Below are positions 46,158 through 57,599 of a stretch of DNA of 64,000 nucleotides, piece after piece (position 1 is the stretch's first letter; each line of letters starts with the position of its first letter). The translations under genes were made by a program, and so were the position numbers. The DNA comes from Schmidtea polychroa (Eukaryota): assembly GCA_044892525.1 (NCBI GenBank), contig CM097886.1, positions 114,576,001 to 114,640,000 of the forward strand, in the 5' to 3' direction. The notes under the pieces are model-generated. The model made no database searches, was not told the origin of the DNA, and saw nothing but the letters and a program-made list of their open reading frames with translations.

Positions 46158-47843
46158 ACGGATATCACCGAATAGTATCAGTGATACTATAAAAATAATA
46201 TCATCAAAAAAAAATATATTAGATATTAGAGTTAGTATAGTGATATTATTCAGTGCTTTGGTCATTTTAATAAAAAATAAGTTTAGATAATTATCAAAAA
46301 TTTATTCATCATCATCATCCAAATACTCAACGTCCTCATAATAATCATTTTCATCAAGTATAGACTCGTTATTTAATCGGGATTCGGTGTTTGAAGAAAT
46401 CCACGCCTTACAGAACTCCACTCCATATACATCGTGTTTGGCAATATGCCAATCCTCATAATTTTCGCTAAAACCTGCTGCTATTATTGAATTTTTAAGA
46501 GTTTCGATTTTCATATCATCCCAAGATTCCCTAACCCACGAATTGACCAATGAAAATGTTGGTGGTTTTGGATTCCCATTTCTTGTATACTCAACAGACT
46601 CTGAATTCTTCCATTCATTTATACGTCTGAATATTATGTCTTTTAATGATCGAAAAATGCCTATATCTCCTGCTTGAAGATACGGTGTAGAACCCCCAGG
46701 AATTACGATCATTTCAATTTTTCGTCTAAAACAATGTTCTTTAACTTTTTTACCTATATGCACAGGACAAGAATCCCAAACAATACACTTACCTTCACTA
46801 TAATCAATCAAAGGGAACAGGCGATCAATAAACTTAATAATCAATTCTTGATTGACCCACGATTTAGATTGTGTAGTGAATAACACTCTGTCTTGTTCGT
46901 TAACAGAACCACCATCCTTACCTTTGTGGATTACCAATGGCATCGCCTTTTTCCCATTCGCCCAAACTGATATGATTGCTGTTACACGCATTGATGCAAA
47001 TCCAGTGGACTTCATAACCACGTGTTTTGCACCTGATAAATCGACTGTTTCTGTCCTTAAATCTTCAAAATAAACGGCTGTTTCATCCACCAATAAAGTC
47101 TTTTGCATATTAATATGAATCATACGGGATTTTAAATACTTCATATAGCTCACAGATCGTGTAATTAATTCCTCGTCAGACAATGTTGTCATGTTTGTTC
47201 CACGCCGAAGAGAAAATCCGTTCCTTTTCATGAACCCTGAAACCCAATTCCCGGTGCCCTTGAAATCGATCTGAAGCTCATTTGCCATAGATACGGCTCT
47301 ATCGCAAATAAATCTTCTGAATTTTCTGAATTCTGAGATCAATAATCTCATCAGCTAATATCTGCTCGATGTTGCCCAAACTTGTTTTCTTACCACCCCC
47401 AAATATACGTTTCATGCATGAAGATCTTTGATTTATCTTATCTCGCTGTCTATACCATTGCTGAAACATAGATTGGTCGTAAAATTCCCCATTCATCTTC
47501 TCAAAATACTGTTTTGCCGCATAACATGTTTTTCCTTTTGACATATTGAATGACTTCTTTTTTGAAAGCAATAGTAAAAGTTCGTTTGCCCATTTTTTGT
47601 ACGGAATGTTTTTTATATATCTCCAGTATTATATTGATTGGAATATAATCTTAATTTAATGACTGTTTACAACAAAAGAAAATACGTTTAGATATTAATA
47701 AAACAATTTGATGTTGACAGATTATTTCAATGTTTTAATATGGTGATATTATTTAAATAGTATCACTAAATATAAATGAATTTAGTTATGGTGTAGTATT
47801 AATGATACTATTAGGTGTAGTGATACTATTTGGTAATATACGT
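46158..47843 (-). mobile_element. pogo/Tigger-type DNA transposon; transposase in two overlapping frames (47299-47571, 46302-47351)
   Basis: CENP-B-like HTH, VDET...WDSC...YLQAGDIG DDE_1 core; imperfect TIRs ACGGATATCACCGAATAGTATCA / TGATACTATTTGGTAATATACGT flanked by TA. Confidence 0.88.
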
Positions 47844-47844
47844 T

Positions 47845-49209
47845 ATCATTATTATTGTTGTCATTATTATTATATGTATTAATATTATTATTATNNNNNN
47901 NNNNNNNNNNNNNNNNNNNNNNNNNNNNNNNNNNNNNNNNNNNNNNNNNNNNNNNNNNNNNNNNNNNNNNNNNNNNNNNNNNNNNNNNNNNNNNNNNNNN
48001 NNNNNNNNNNNNNNNNNNNNNNNNNNNNNNNNNNNNNNNNNNNNNNNNNNNNNNNTGTGGTTGTTAATAATTGTTATTATTATTGTTATTGGTATTAGTG
48101 TTATTATTGTTATTATTACTATTATAAAATAAAACAAATATAGCAAAAATAAAGAAATAAAATAACTTACCTATTCGGGGCATTTTTCGGGTTGTGGCAT
48201 TTGGAGGCATCAAAAAAGATACAAATTAATTTATGATAGGTTATTTTGCAGAAGGAAGTTAATTGAGATAAATTTTACATCGATTGGAGAATGCGTAGAT
48301 TGAAATAAATTTTGAGAAAAATCTACCAATTTAAGAAATACCTCGGAATATCAATAGGCATTCTGGGGATCAATCAAATCTGTATATTTCTGACGGCACA
48401 AGATGTTGTCAAATACATCTAGGTGAGGCACAAAAAAATACGGTACCAACATAAATTAAAAAATATATAAATAAAATTTTAGACTGGCACCAGGTGCCAA
48501 TCCACTAAATTTTGTTATCTGGACATATGTCCAGATAACAGCGGAAAATTAGAGGCGCAATGTGCCGAATAAAATTTATCATCAAAAGCACATGAGTGCT
48601 ATTTAAAAAGATAACAAAATTTTACCTCTAGAAGGAATTTGCTGATTAAAAAAAAGCACATAAGTGCTATGGAAAAAATAATAAAATTTTTCTTCTAAGA
48701 AGAATTTGCCAATTAAGATANNNNNNNNNNNNNNNNNNNNNNNNNNNNNNNNNNNNNNNNNNNNNNNNNNNNNNNNNNNNNNNNNNNNNNNNNNNNNNNN
48801 NNNNNNNNNNNNNNNNNNNNNNNNNNNNNNNNNNNNNNNNNNNNNNNNNNNNNNNNNNNNNNNNNNNNNNNNNNNNNNNNNNNNNNNNNNNNNNNNNNNN
48901 NNNNNNNNNNNNNNNNNNNNNNNNNNNNNNNNNNNNNNNNNNNNNNNNNNNNNNNNNNNNNNNNNATCGATATTATTGTCATTATAATTATTAGTATTAG
49001 TAGTATTGTTATTATTATCGTAATTGTTATTATTGTATTATTATTGTTATTATTAGTATTATTGTTACTGTTGTTATTATTATAATATAATTATTGTTAT
49101 TGGTGTTATTATGATTATTACTACTATTGTCATTATTCGTATTATTAGTCAAATTATTATTCTTATTATTATTATTGATATCAGTATGGTTATTGTTATG
49201 GTTATAATA

Positions 49210-49269
<60 letters not shown>

Positions 49270-49290
49270 CTATTATACTATTATTTATTC
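47845..49290. repeat. Degenerate (ATT)n microsatellite tracts around two gaps, with unique sequence between ~48130 and 48720
   Basis: ATT/GTT triplet runs, perfect at ~49205-49265. Confidence 0.9.
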
Positions 49291-49495
49291 ATTGCGCTCA
49301 CAACATACATAGGCTAGGTAGCTGTAGGTACGATATCGAGATAACTATACATCTGCGTAGCGAGAGACTCCAATAATTATAAAAAGGGTTATGGTCAGGC
49401 TATATTACGTTAGAGTAATAAAAGTAATGATCAAAATAACTAAATTTCAAAATATTAATTTATTTCTACGACGAAATTTTTTAAAGGGGGAGACA

Positions 49496-50518
49496 TTTTG
49501 AGGATACCTAAATAACATTTTATAAATAAATAAATAAAATTACCTTGAGGAAGATCGTCATGACAAACAGGACGAAATATGGGAATTCAGAAAAGAAAAC
49601 GGAAGAAAAAAGAAATGAGAAAGAGGAACTAAACAAAAGAAATTAAACAAAATTAAAATCAAGGTCAGAACTAATTAATTAGTACAAAAAGGAAAAGGAA
49701 TTTCGAAATCGGGAAAAAATGAAAACAACAATATTCTTATCTCGACAGCTTGCCTGTGATAATGTAATTGCCGGGAGAAGACGGTTGAACAAAAAAGGAA
49801 AAGGGAAACTATCTTGACAGTCGTCAGAGATATGATGGGAACAGTCGGGGAAAGGCGGAGAAAGAAAAGTGGAAAACATTTGATTATCTCGAGTGCCACA
49901 AATAAAACAAGCTTTATAAAGAGAAACCGTTGACCAAGAAGGGGACATAACATTCAGACAAAAAGAAAGAGACTGAATTAGATAAAAGCCAGACAAAAAT
50001 TGACGCGAAATTCAGACAATTTGAGAGACAAGTATAGAGACAAATTTGGGAGATAAAATTATTGGAGAAAAATTAGACAACGTCGGACGAAACGTTGTTG
50101 GAGAAATGATTGTGTAAAAGAATTGTAAAGAAAATAATTGTGAAGGATAATTGTTGGAGAAGATTTGAATAAAAGAATTAGTTGAAAATTTAAACGAAAA
50201 GAAGTTACTTGAGTATTTTAATAAATTTGTGAAGAAGGTCAAAGAAAACAACCAGCTCAAAGTCCCAGTTGATAAACCAATCAGTAATTTGTGATCTTTT
50301 AATCCGGTGTTATACCCAAGTGCTATTCCTCACCGAGTGTTGTAATAAGCATTGTATAGTCACCAAGCAGAGTGTTGAATTGACTTTCAGTGTAGAGTGA
50401 AAATTATTTGTGATTATCAATAAAGATTTCTCTTGTCAAGTGTTATTTTGGGATCAGTCAAAGACACGCTTGGAGTCAGAGTAACATTTAAATTTATCAC
50501 TAACCCAATAACCCAACA
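49496..50518 (+). repeat. 3' LTR of the 1-kb LTR family, with polypurine tract
   Basis: Collinear with 42757-43763; AAAGGGGGAGA just upstream (49483-49493); ends CCCAACA. Confidence 0.88.
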
Positions 50519-50810
50519 TTTTTCTGGATAAATCTTTAGTCCTGCTTCCTCGTCTGCTTTTAATACTTCACTGAGTATTGTATAATATTTTTCTTTACTG
50601 GTCGAATAAATAAGAATGTCATCCAAATACATCATTGTCCCATTTATTTTGTCTATTAACTTTGTAATCATTTCCTGGAACGTACCTGGTGCTGCGGCAA
50701 TTCCGAATGGCATTCTATTGAAATAGTATTGCCTTTCTTTGTTGAGAAGGCTGTTTTCCCTTGCGCTTCTTTGTCTAACTCCACTTGGTAATATGCATTA
50801 CCAAGGTCGG
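50519..50810 (-). pseudogene. Gypsy RT fragment closely related to ~15870-16160
   Basis: DLGNAYYQVELD...MPFGIAAAPGTFQ...YLDD. Confidence 0.85.
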
Positions 50811-51005
50811 TTGGTAAATTACTAAATAACTTTATAAATTTTATTTAATCAAATTTCAATCTTCCTTTTAAAATATTTTTGATAAAATTATTTTTAAAAT
50901 TTCTAATTAAAATTTTTAGAATCTTTCATCCTCCCCCTACGGATAATTATTAATGGGATCTGATTGAATGAATATTGGAGTATTATTGTCTAAAAGTTCG
51001 TTTGG

Positions 51006-51347
51006 TTAATTTTTATTATAAGCCAAATCGATTGAACTTTTACGGATATATTCTAATAATTTAACGTTTTCGTGCGCTTCTTTATTTACATCGCAATCTT
51101 TCTTGCCTGGAGAAGTTTCTTTAATAATGAAGCAAACGCACAATGAGGCCAATAATATGATAATAACAAATGTCATTAAGTTTATACCAATAATTAAATG
51201 ATTTATATTATCATTTGTAAATGTTGCATCGTCGCACAATTGCAGAATCCAACAATTCCTTATAGAATTTGATAAAATTCCTGGTAGATCATTGTAACAG
51301 TTAATACAGTTGTTAATAAAATGTAACAATCTTAAAAAATTTAGCAT
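51006..51347 (-). CDS. Possible small membrane protein (hydrophobic N-terminus, Cys-containing ectodomain, TM, short tail)
   Basis: 113-aa ORF with plausible topology; no recognised family; may be chance in AT-rich DNA. Confidence 0.3.
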   Translation of the reverse strand: MLNFLRLLHFINNCINCYNDLPGILSNSIRNCWILQLCDDATFTNDNINHLIIGINLMTFVIIILLASLCVCFIIKETSPGKKDCDVNKEAHENVKLLEYIRKSSIDLAYNKN

Positions 51348-52953
51348 TAAGTTATATTTAAAAAATAATACAAGCTATAACTATATATTAAAACAAACTT
51401 TTTAATATAATTTTAATTATTTCTTAAAAATAAAAGAACAACACCTGGAAAATTACTACACTAACTGGGTTTGAAGTTTTTTAGATTGCTTTCCAAGGTA
51501 GCTTTTTTGAAAACGACTTTTTTATAAATCTTAACACCTCCTGGTCATGCATGCACTGGGGGAAGAATAGGTCTTTCTACACTACTGGGGTTGCCTTAAT
51601 AATATATTTATTTAAGACAACCTTGCGCTAAAAAAATAGCTGAAAATTTTTAAAAGCTATTTATGAAGAAATTACGTTAAGTTGACGAAATGAAGAAATT
51701 TCACCGTAAGATTTATTTTTAAGTTAAAATTAAGATAATTATTCCTTAGAATTTCAGATATTTCTATCAAAACGTTCTTTAATTAATTTTATTAAAAATT
51801 TATCTAATTAAATTGAAATAATCTCAAAATAAATTTCAAGCATAAAATCCTTTAAAAAGCTGAAAAGGGTAATTAAAAAATAAATTACAATACAAATGTT
51901 GACTAAAAGTAATATTTAAGAACTTGAGTAATGATCTCATAATTATATAAAATCAAAATTCAAGCCTTAAAATTTACTTAAAATTAAAAATCTTACTTAA
52001 GAGCCATTTCTAAAATGGTTAAAATAAATTACATAAAATAAAATTCATTTTCGTATAAATGGTGAGTCACCTATAATTGGTGTACACACCAACAACAATT
52101 ATAGAAAACACATCTCAGTGGTTTCTGGTGTAGTACTAGAGAATGCTTGAAAACCCATTGCTCGTTTAATTCATAACTTAATGAACCAATTTATACTTTA
52201 CTCCGGTAAATCAGAGGAATAATTTGGCAGATTACCATACAACAAAATTTTTCTTATTCTAATGAAGAGTCCGCATTCTAGATCTGAATATAAGGTCTTA
52301 ATATACTAATCTCAATGCGTTGGTGTATATTTGATGCTGTTGAGTATAACTTAAACGGGAATTCCAAGACATTTGGAAGATATTTTAGGATATTTTATGA
52401 AATGTATATCTTTATAAGTTCTGTTGAAATTCATTATTCATCTTTCTTGATTTCCAAAATCATTTAAAAATTTCAAATCACAAAATTACTTTTCAATAAA
52501 GTTGCAAAATTTGAATTAAATCCCGAATGGAAGTCATGAATCAATTAATCACACAATGACAAGGTTAATTCCAGAAATTCGATAACATTCAATTGATTCA
52601 AAATAATAATTCAAACACTAGATGAACAAATGATATTTACACACTACAGACACAGACCGGTGCTCCAATCAACAACATGCGAGAACAAATACTCGATAAA
52701 TTTAGCCTACATACACAAACACAAAAAACTATCATAACAATTACTGGTTAATCGATCGAAACAATATATGTCAACCAATTATAGCGGATTCTCTCCCGCA
52801 CTTCGGTGTTCTTATTAGCCAATCGCATCCTTATTATTTTTAGTTCTTTATTTTGTTAATCCCAATATAATTAAAATGTTTTATTTATTATCAACGGAAT
52901 AACATTTACGCATTAATAATATCTTATCTGGATGGCTTCAATTTTTATTCCAG

Positions 52954-53052
52954 CTACAACTATCCAATTTCGAATTCCAGGAGAAATCAGATCGATTGGC
53001 AAGAGATTTAATTGAAATGAAAAATAATTTCAAATCAGTTGAAAATGAAAAC
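52954..53052 (+). CDS. traf: Host TRAF gene, predicted coding exon 2 (coiled coil)
   Basis: TTTTATTCCAG acceptor; 33 open codons LQLSNFEFQEKSDRLARDLIEMKNNFKSVENEN; phase-0 GT at 53053. Confidence 0.6.
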
Positions 53053-53101
53053 GTAAAATTGATAATTTATCACAATTCTCTGGTCTGATATCAATGTTCA
53101 G

Positions 53102-53656
53102 GTCGAGAAAATGCGCGTTAATAATGAGAATTTCACGTGTGAGATCAACAATCATGGTGAAATGATAAAGGATATAGTTGATGTGAAACTGCCGGGATTG
53201 ACTGCAAAAATGATGGAAATTGAAACGATGCTGGGTGAAAAAGAAATATACGGTCGATTGGAATGGATTTTGGAAAACTTTTCTCAATTTAAGAAAAACA
53301 CTTCGATTTTTAGCAGGCCATTCTATTCTCATAAACGAGGTTACAAAATGTGCATAAGTGTTGAAATTGGGGATTATCTCTATATGGTTGGGTTGTGCAT
53401 TGTGCCTGGAAATTATGATGATGAATTACCGTGGCCGTTTAAGCACAGCTTCATTGTTTATTTGGTTAATCAATATGATGGCATCATTCAGGATACTGTG
53501 GCAGTTAAATATGACGATTTCCCTAATCATAAAGGATGGGATAGGCCGGAATTGGATACTAATTATCCAATATACGGTAAATGGACAATGATATCACCAA
53601 AAATCGTTAAAAACGATCGATTGATGTTTAAATGCCAAATAAATTTAAATAAATAA
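53102..53656 (+). CDS. traf: Host TRAF gene, terminal exon (MATH domain)
   Basis: EWILENF...SRPFYSHKRGYKMC...GNYDDELPWPF...WDRP...LMFKCQI; phase-0 CAG acceptor at 53099-53101. Confidence 0.85.
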   Translation, partial: VEKMRVNNENFTCEINNHGEMIKDIVDVKLPGLTAKMMEIETMLGEKEIYGRLEWILENFSQFKKNTSIFSRPFYSHKRGYKMCISVEIGDYLYMVGLCIVPGNYDDELPWPFKHSFIVYLVNQYDGIIQDTVAVKYDDFPNHKGWDRPELDTNYPIYGKWTMISPKIVKNDRLMFKCQINLNK

Positions 53657-53757
53657 TGATTGGTGTAATTTTTTTTAATGGTAATTAATTTTGTTTAAAT
53701 TGTTAAACAATTAATAACGTGAAATCATTTAATTATACAAATTTCATTATTCTTTAA

Positions 53758-54732
53758 CCTTCGAGTACCGATACCTCGAGAATAGGATCGAGTGACGGTA
53801 CGGGGACAAAATTACTCCAGATTAAAACTGAGTAATAATGAACTATAAATCAATATAAAAGTGCGAACTTAACGTCACGTGCTCGACTCCAAGCGCGTAA
53901 ATAGCAACAAGGTCAGTCAGCGAACGTTCGATAAGTTACTACGCAAAATAATATTTTTTTTTGTAAGGCTACAAATTAAAATTATTTATTGAGTAAAAAT
54001 ATATATAAAACACATAATATAAAAACACAAGATAAAAATTACAAAATACTATAAACAATTAATGGCATTAAAATATGAATTATTCCGCTACAGTTCTATG
54101 ACAATCCTCACAAGATGACTGCTTTACGCTATGAACATTGCAAATGGCTTTTTTGCATTTATAGTAAAATATACGAGTTTTCCTATCACGAGTTCTTGGA
54201 CAAAAAGCACATCTAGATGATTTTGCATTACCAGTGCTGGATGATGTTGCAATACCAGTGCTCGTACTTTCTAAAACATTTACGGGAGCTGAATCGATAT
54301 CAGTAACAGCCAAAAATGTATCTATTACATATTCTTCGTCGCTTTCTTCATCATCATAATCTTTGTCAATTTCCACGTTGTATTCAATTTCCGAAATATT
54401 GTCGAAGTTCATGTTGTCAAAGTCTAATTCGTAATCTTCATCACTATCAATCTCTTCTTCCGATGATTTGAGAAAATTTTCATATTCATCCATAATAAAA
54501 AGGTCTAAAATGTAAAATTGATTAGTAAAATTATAGAGAATAATTGATAAAATTTTATTAAACTAAGATATTATTTTTATCTTTTAATATATTTATATTT
54601 TTTTTGCATTCCATTCATTGGGGTATCTTTGTATATTACAAAAAATATCAGATAAATATCATTATTATATTACAAATGGTTTAACAAATAAAAAATTTGG
54701 GGTACAAATGCACCCGCTTAGGTGCGTGAAGG
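53758..54732 (-). mobile_element. Internally deleted piggyBac element with a 137-aa in-frame N-terminus/Cys-rich domain fusion ORF (54080-54493)
   Basis: TTAA|CCTTCG...GAAGG|TTGA ends; acidic N-terminus joined to CAFCPR..DRKT...KCKKAICNVH.....CEDC; no DDD core. Confidence 0.8.
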
Positions 54733-57105
54733 TTGATCTATTAATTTCCGAATCAATGACAATTTATTAATAATTATTAAATCGATTATAGATAAATTAT
54801 TACTAATATTATTAATATTAGTAATAGAAGTAGATAAATATGAGCTTTCTAAATCGAGTGAGTTCATGAGTTCCTCACACTAATGAAACTCATAAGGTAA
54901 CTGTTGTGAAAATGAATTTCAAAACATGAACATTGTATTTTGTAGTGTTTTCATTCGAAGAAAAATAATTAGATATTTTCATTGAAAAACTTTAGGATTT
55001 TTTGAGTGAGAATATATTTTTAGACTTTTTAACGAGAAAGATTCTAATGATTTTTCGAAACTAAAAAACACCCTCTGAATTTAGTGTGAGTTTCAGATTG
55101 ACATTCAACCATATATTCCTTAGCATAATAAAAAAGCTTGGCAAAAAGTAAATATTAATTTAAAAAATATTAATTTCAATTAATTTAAATAAAAAATTGA
55201 TTCACTTCATTTAAACAAAAATTTTAAAAAATATTGTAGGTTTTTAAATTTTCAAGACAAATATCCTACGGGGCATATTACCACAAATTCTATAGTTGTC
55301 TAGTACTGGAGGAACATCACAGAATTGTCTATTCTTATTCTGTTCGAACTCAATTATCTTCTCTGTTTTTCGAAAAAGTGAGCCAGGAGGCTCAAATGAT
55401 TTTTTGAGGTTTAGAAGGACCATTTTATAAAGATTTCTCAGTTTGTTTAAAGAAAATAATTTTGAAAAATATTGTGTAACACACTAAAAGTTTGAGTAAA
55501 TTGATTTTAGATCTTTTGAAGGTCTTATTTAAGTAAAAAAAAACATTTTCATTGGTTAAAACAAAAAAAATAGAAAAATATTGAAAACCCCGAATTTATG
55601 ATTATAAAAAAGTCCTTCAACAGACTAACATGGTTTGTTGAGATTTTGAAGGTGCCATAATGTAATAAAAGGTAGTTCAGTTGGTTTAAAGAAGAATATT
55701 TAGAAACATTAAATAAACCGCAAAATATTCAAATTTCCAAAAAAATTATCAAATGGTTTTTATAGAAAAATAGAATTATAGAAAAGTGTGTCATCGGGCT
55801 CACCAGGTTTTTGGAGTACTTAATAAGATTATTGAACTTCGGAAAAAGGTTTCCTTCGACTGTTCCTTATCAACATTTTGTCTTTGACTATAGTGCCGGG
55901 TTGCTGCGATAGGCCCACTTATACATATTATTATACAATTATTACATAATATTCATTTATTAATTTCCCAATATTCTATATCCGAGGTTCCTAAACGGTG
56001 CTTTTCGAGAATGCCACAAACATGAAATTAAATTTTTGTATAATTTTGATGTTCCGAAAATCTTTCTTATAATCAATATTGCTCTGTAACTTCTAAACAG
56101 TTGTTGGCAGCAAATATTAAAAATTAAAATTTATATTTTGTCTTTTTACTCATCATATGGGTAGCTCAAATGAGCCAGAATATTTCTACATTCAATTGTC
56201 AGTTCGACACAACGCAAACGGATTGAATCATACGATGCGTTTCCAATTAAGGGATTTATATACTTTTTATAAAGCAAACAAAAATATTTGGATATAATAT
56301 TGTGCTTTGAGTAAATTATATTATGAAAAAATATTAAAATTCAAACAAAAATAAAAATATTTTTCAAAAGTCGTCAAAATTCCCAAAAATGTCACCAAAT
56401 TGAGTCATCAGAAGGATGAAAGAAATATTTTAGATTAGTAGCTTTCAATTCCTTCACTGCTTTTTCGATCGGTTTGTAGAGCTGAATTCAATTATTAGTT
56501 TTATTAATGAAATTAAATCTAATTATAAAATGGTTTTGTTTTACTGATGGATTCCTATGCTGTTTCATGTTCAGCGGAAACTGCTCCAGCAGTCGGATAA
56601 ACCAATAGGAGAAATTATATTGATTGAAATGCAGCATAAGCTTTGATATGAGTCTTCCAGTTCTTTCAATCAAGGCTGACTTAATTTGAAACTGAGGCCT
56701 TTTACAAAATAATAATGATAATATTAATAAATTTCTTCCTTTACATATAATTTGCATCCAAAGCTTCAACCCCCGAAAAAATATTTTCATAGAAATTGAA
56801 AATTTTGCTGTATCATTTTCAATTATTCATTTTCTTTGCTAGGCCGTAACAATTTTTTCCAACTGACAATTTTCTCATTGCCCTAATGAAATGAAACAAA
56901 ATATTCATTGCATTCACATTATTAAATAATTGCCCATCAAATGGTGGATAATTCAAATATTTGACAAATTCTCCTCATCTGGCACAATTTTCACTGCTTT
57001 CAAATTTATCCTCAATTTTCACATTAAATATTAAAATTTTTGTAAATGAAATAAATGAAAATTATCAAATAAATAAATCAATTTATTAATAAAAATATTA
57101 TTCAA

Positions 57106-57480
57106 TCACGAGTCAAGGTCAACGGAGCATTTGATAAATATTTTATTGTTACGCATCAGATCTGGATTATTTGATAGATCCGTGTGGCTTAAAAATTGCG
57201 GAGATCTCATTCCAATATTGATATCTGTTGGTTGCAATAATGTTTTACTATTTGAATTATCTGCATATTTCTTAGTCTTAATGACTTGAGCCACTGGGGT
57301 GCGCTGATTGATCAGTTGAATGGTCATTCCAAAATACTGTCTAATTCGCTCTTCATCAATCAAAAGAACATAGATAAATGAGTGCACTCGCCATCACCAT
57401 GTATATCAGAATACACACAAACACATTTTATAATCATTTTTTGCATTTAACTAAATTGATCCATAATTGCCAATATATAT
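57106..57480 (-). pseudogene. TRAF MATH-domain pseudogene fragment
   Basis: YKMCLCVY..HGDGECTHLSMFF*LMKSELDSILE*PF...GMRSPQFLSH..L...NNKIFIKCSVD, with stops and frameshifts. Confidence 0.75.
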
Positions 57481-57599
57481 CTCTTTCCGTGAATTGTTGT
57501 CTTTAAAGGTCCACAAAAATCAATAAAAATCGTCTCAAATAAATGAGAATTATTATGTTTTAAACTAGTTTCTTTCGTTCGTATTGTCAATGTTTTTCA

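Noticed and set aside
47826-49317. Ile-rich and X-containing ORFs (also 19642-19950, 62842-63442)
   Set aside because: Artefacts of ATT microsatellites and N gaps.
21700-57400. Repeated TGG>TGA/TAG stops suggesting a variant genetic code or readthrough
   Set aside because: They occur only in decayed copies; the intact homologue has TGG. Ordinary G>A decay explains them.
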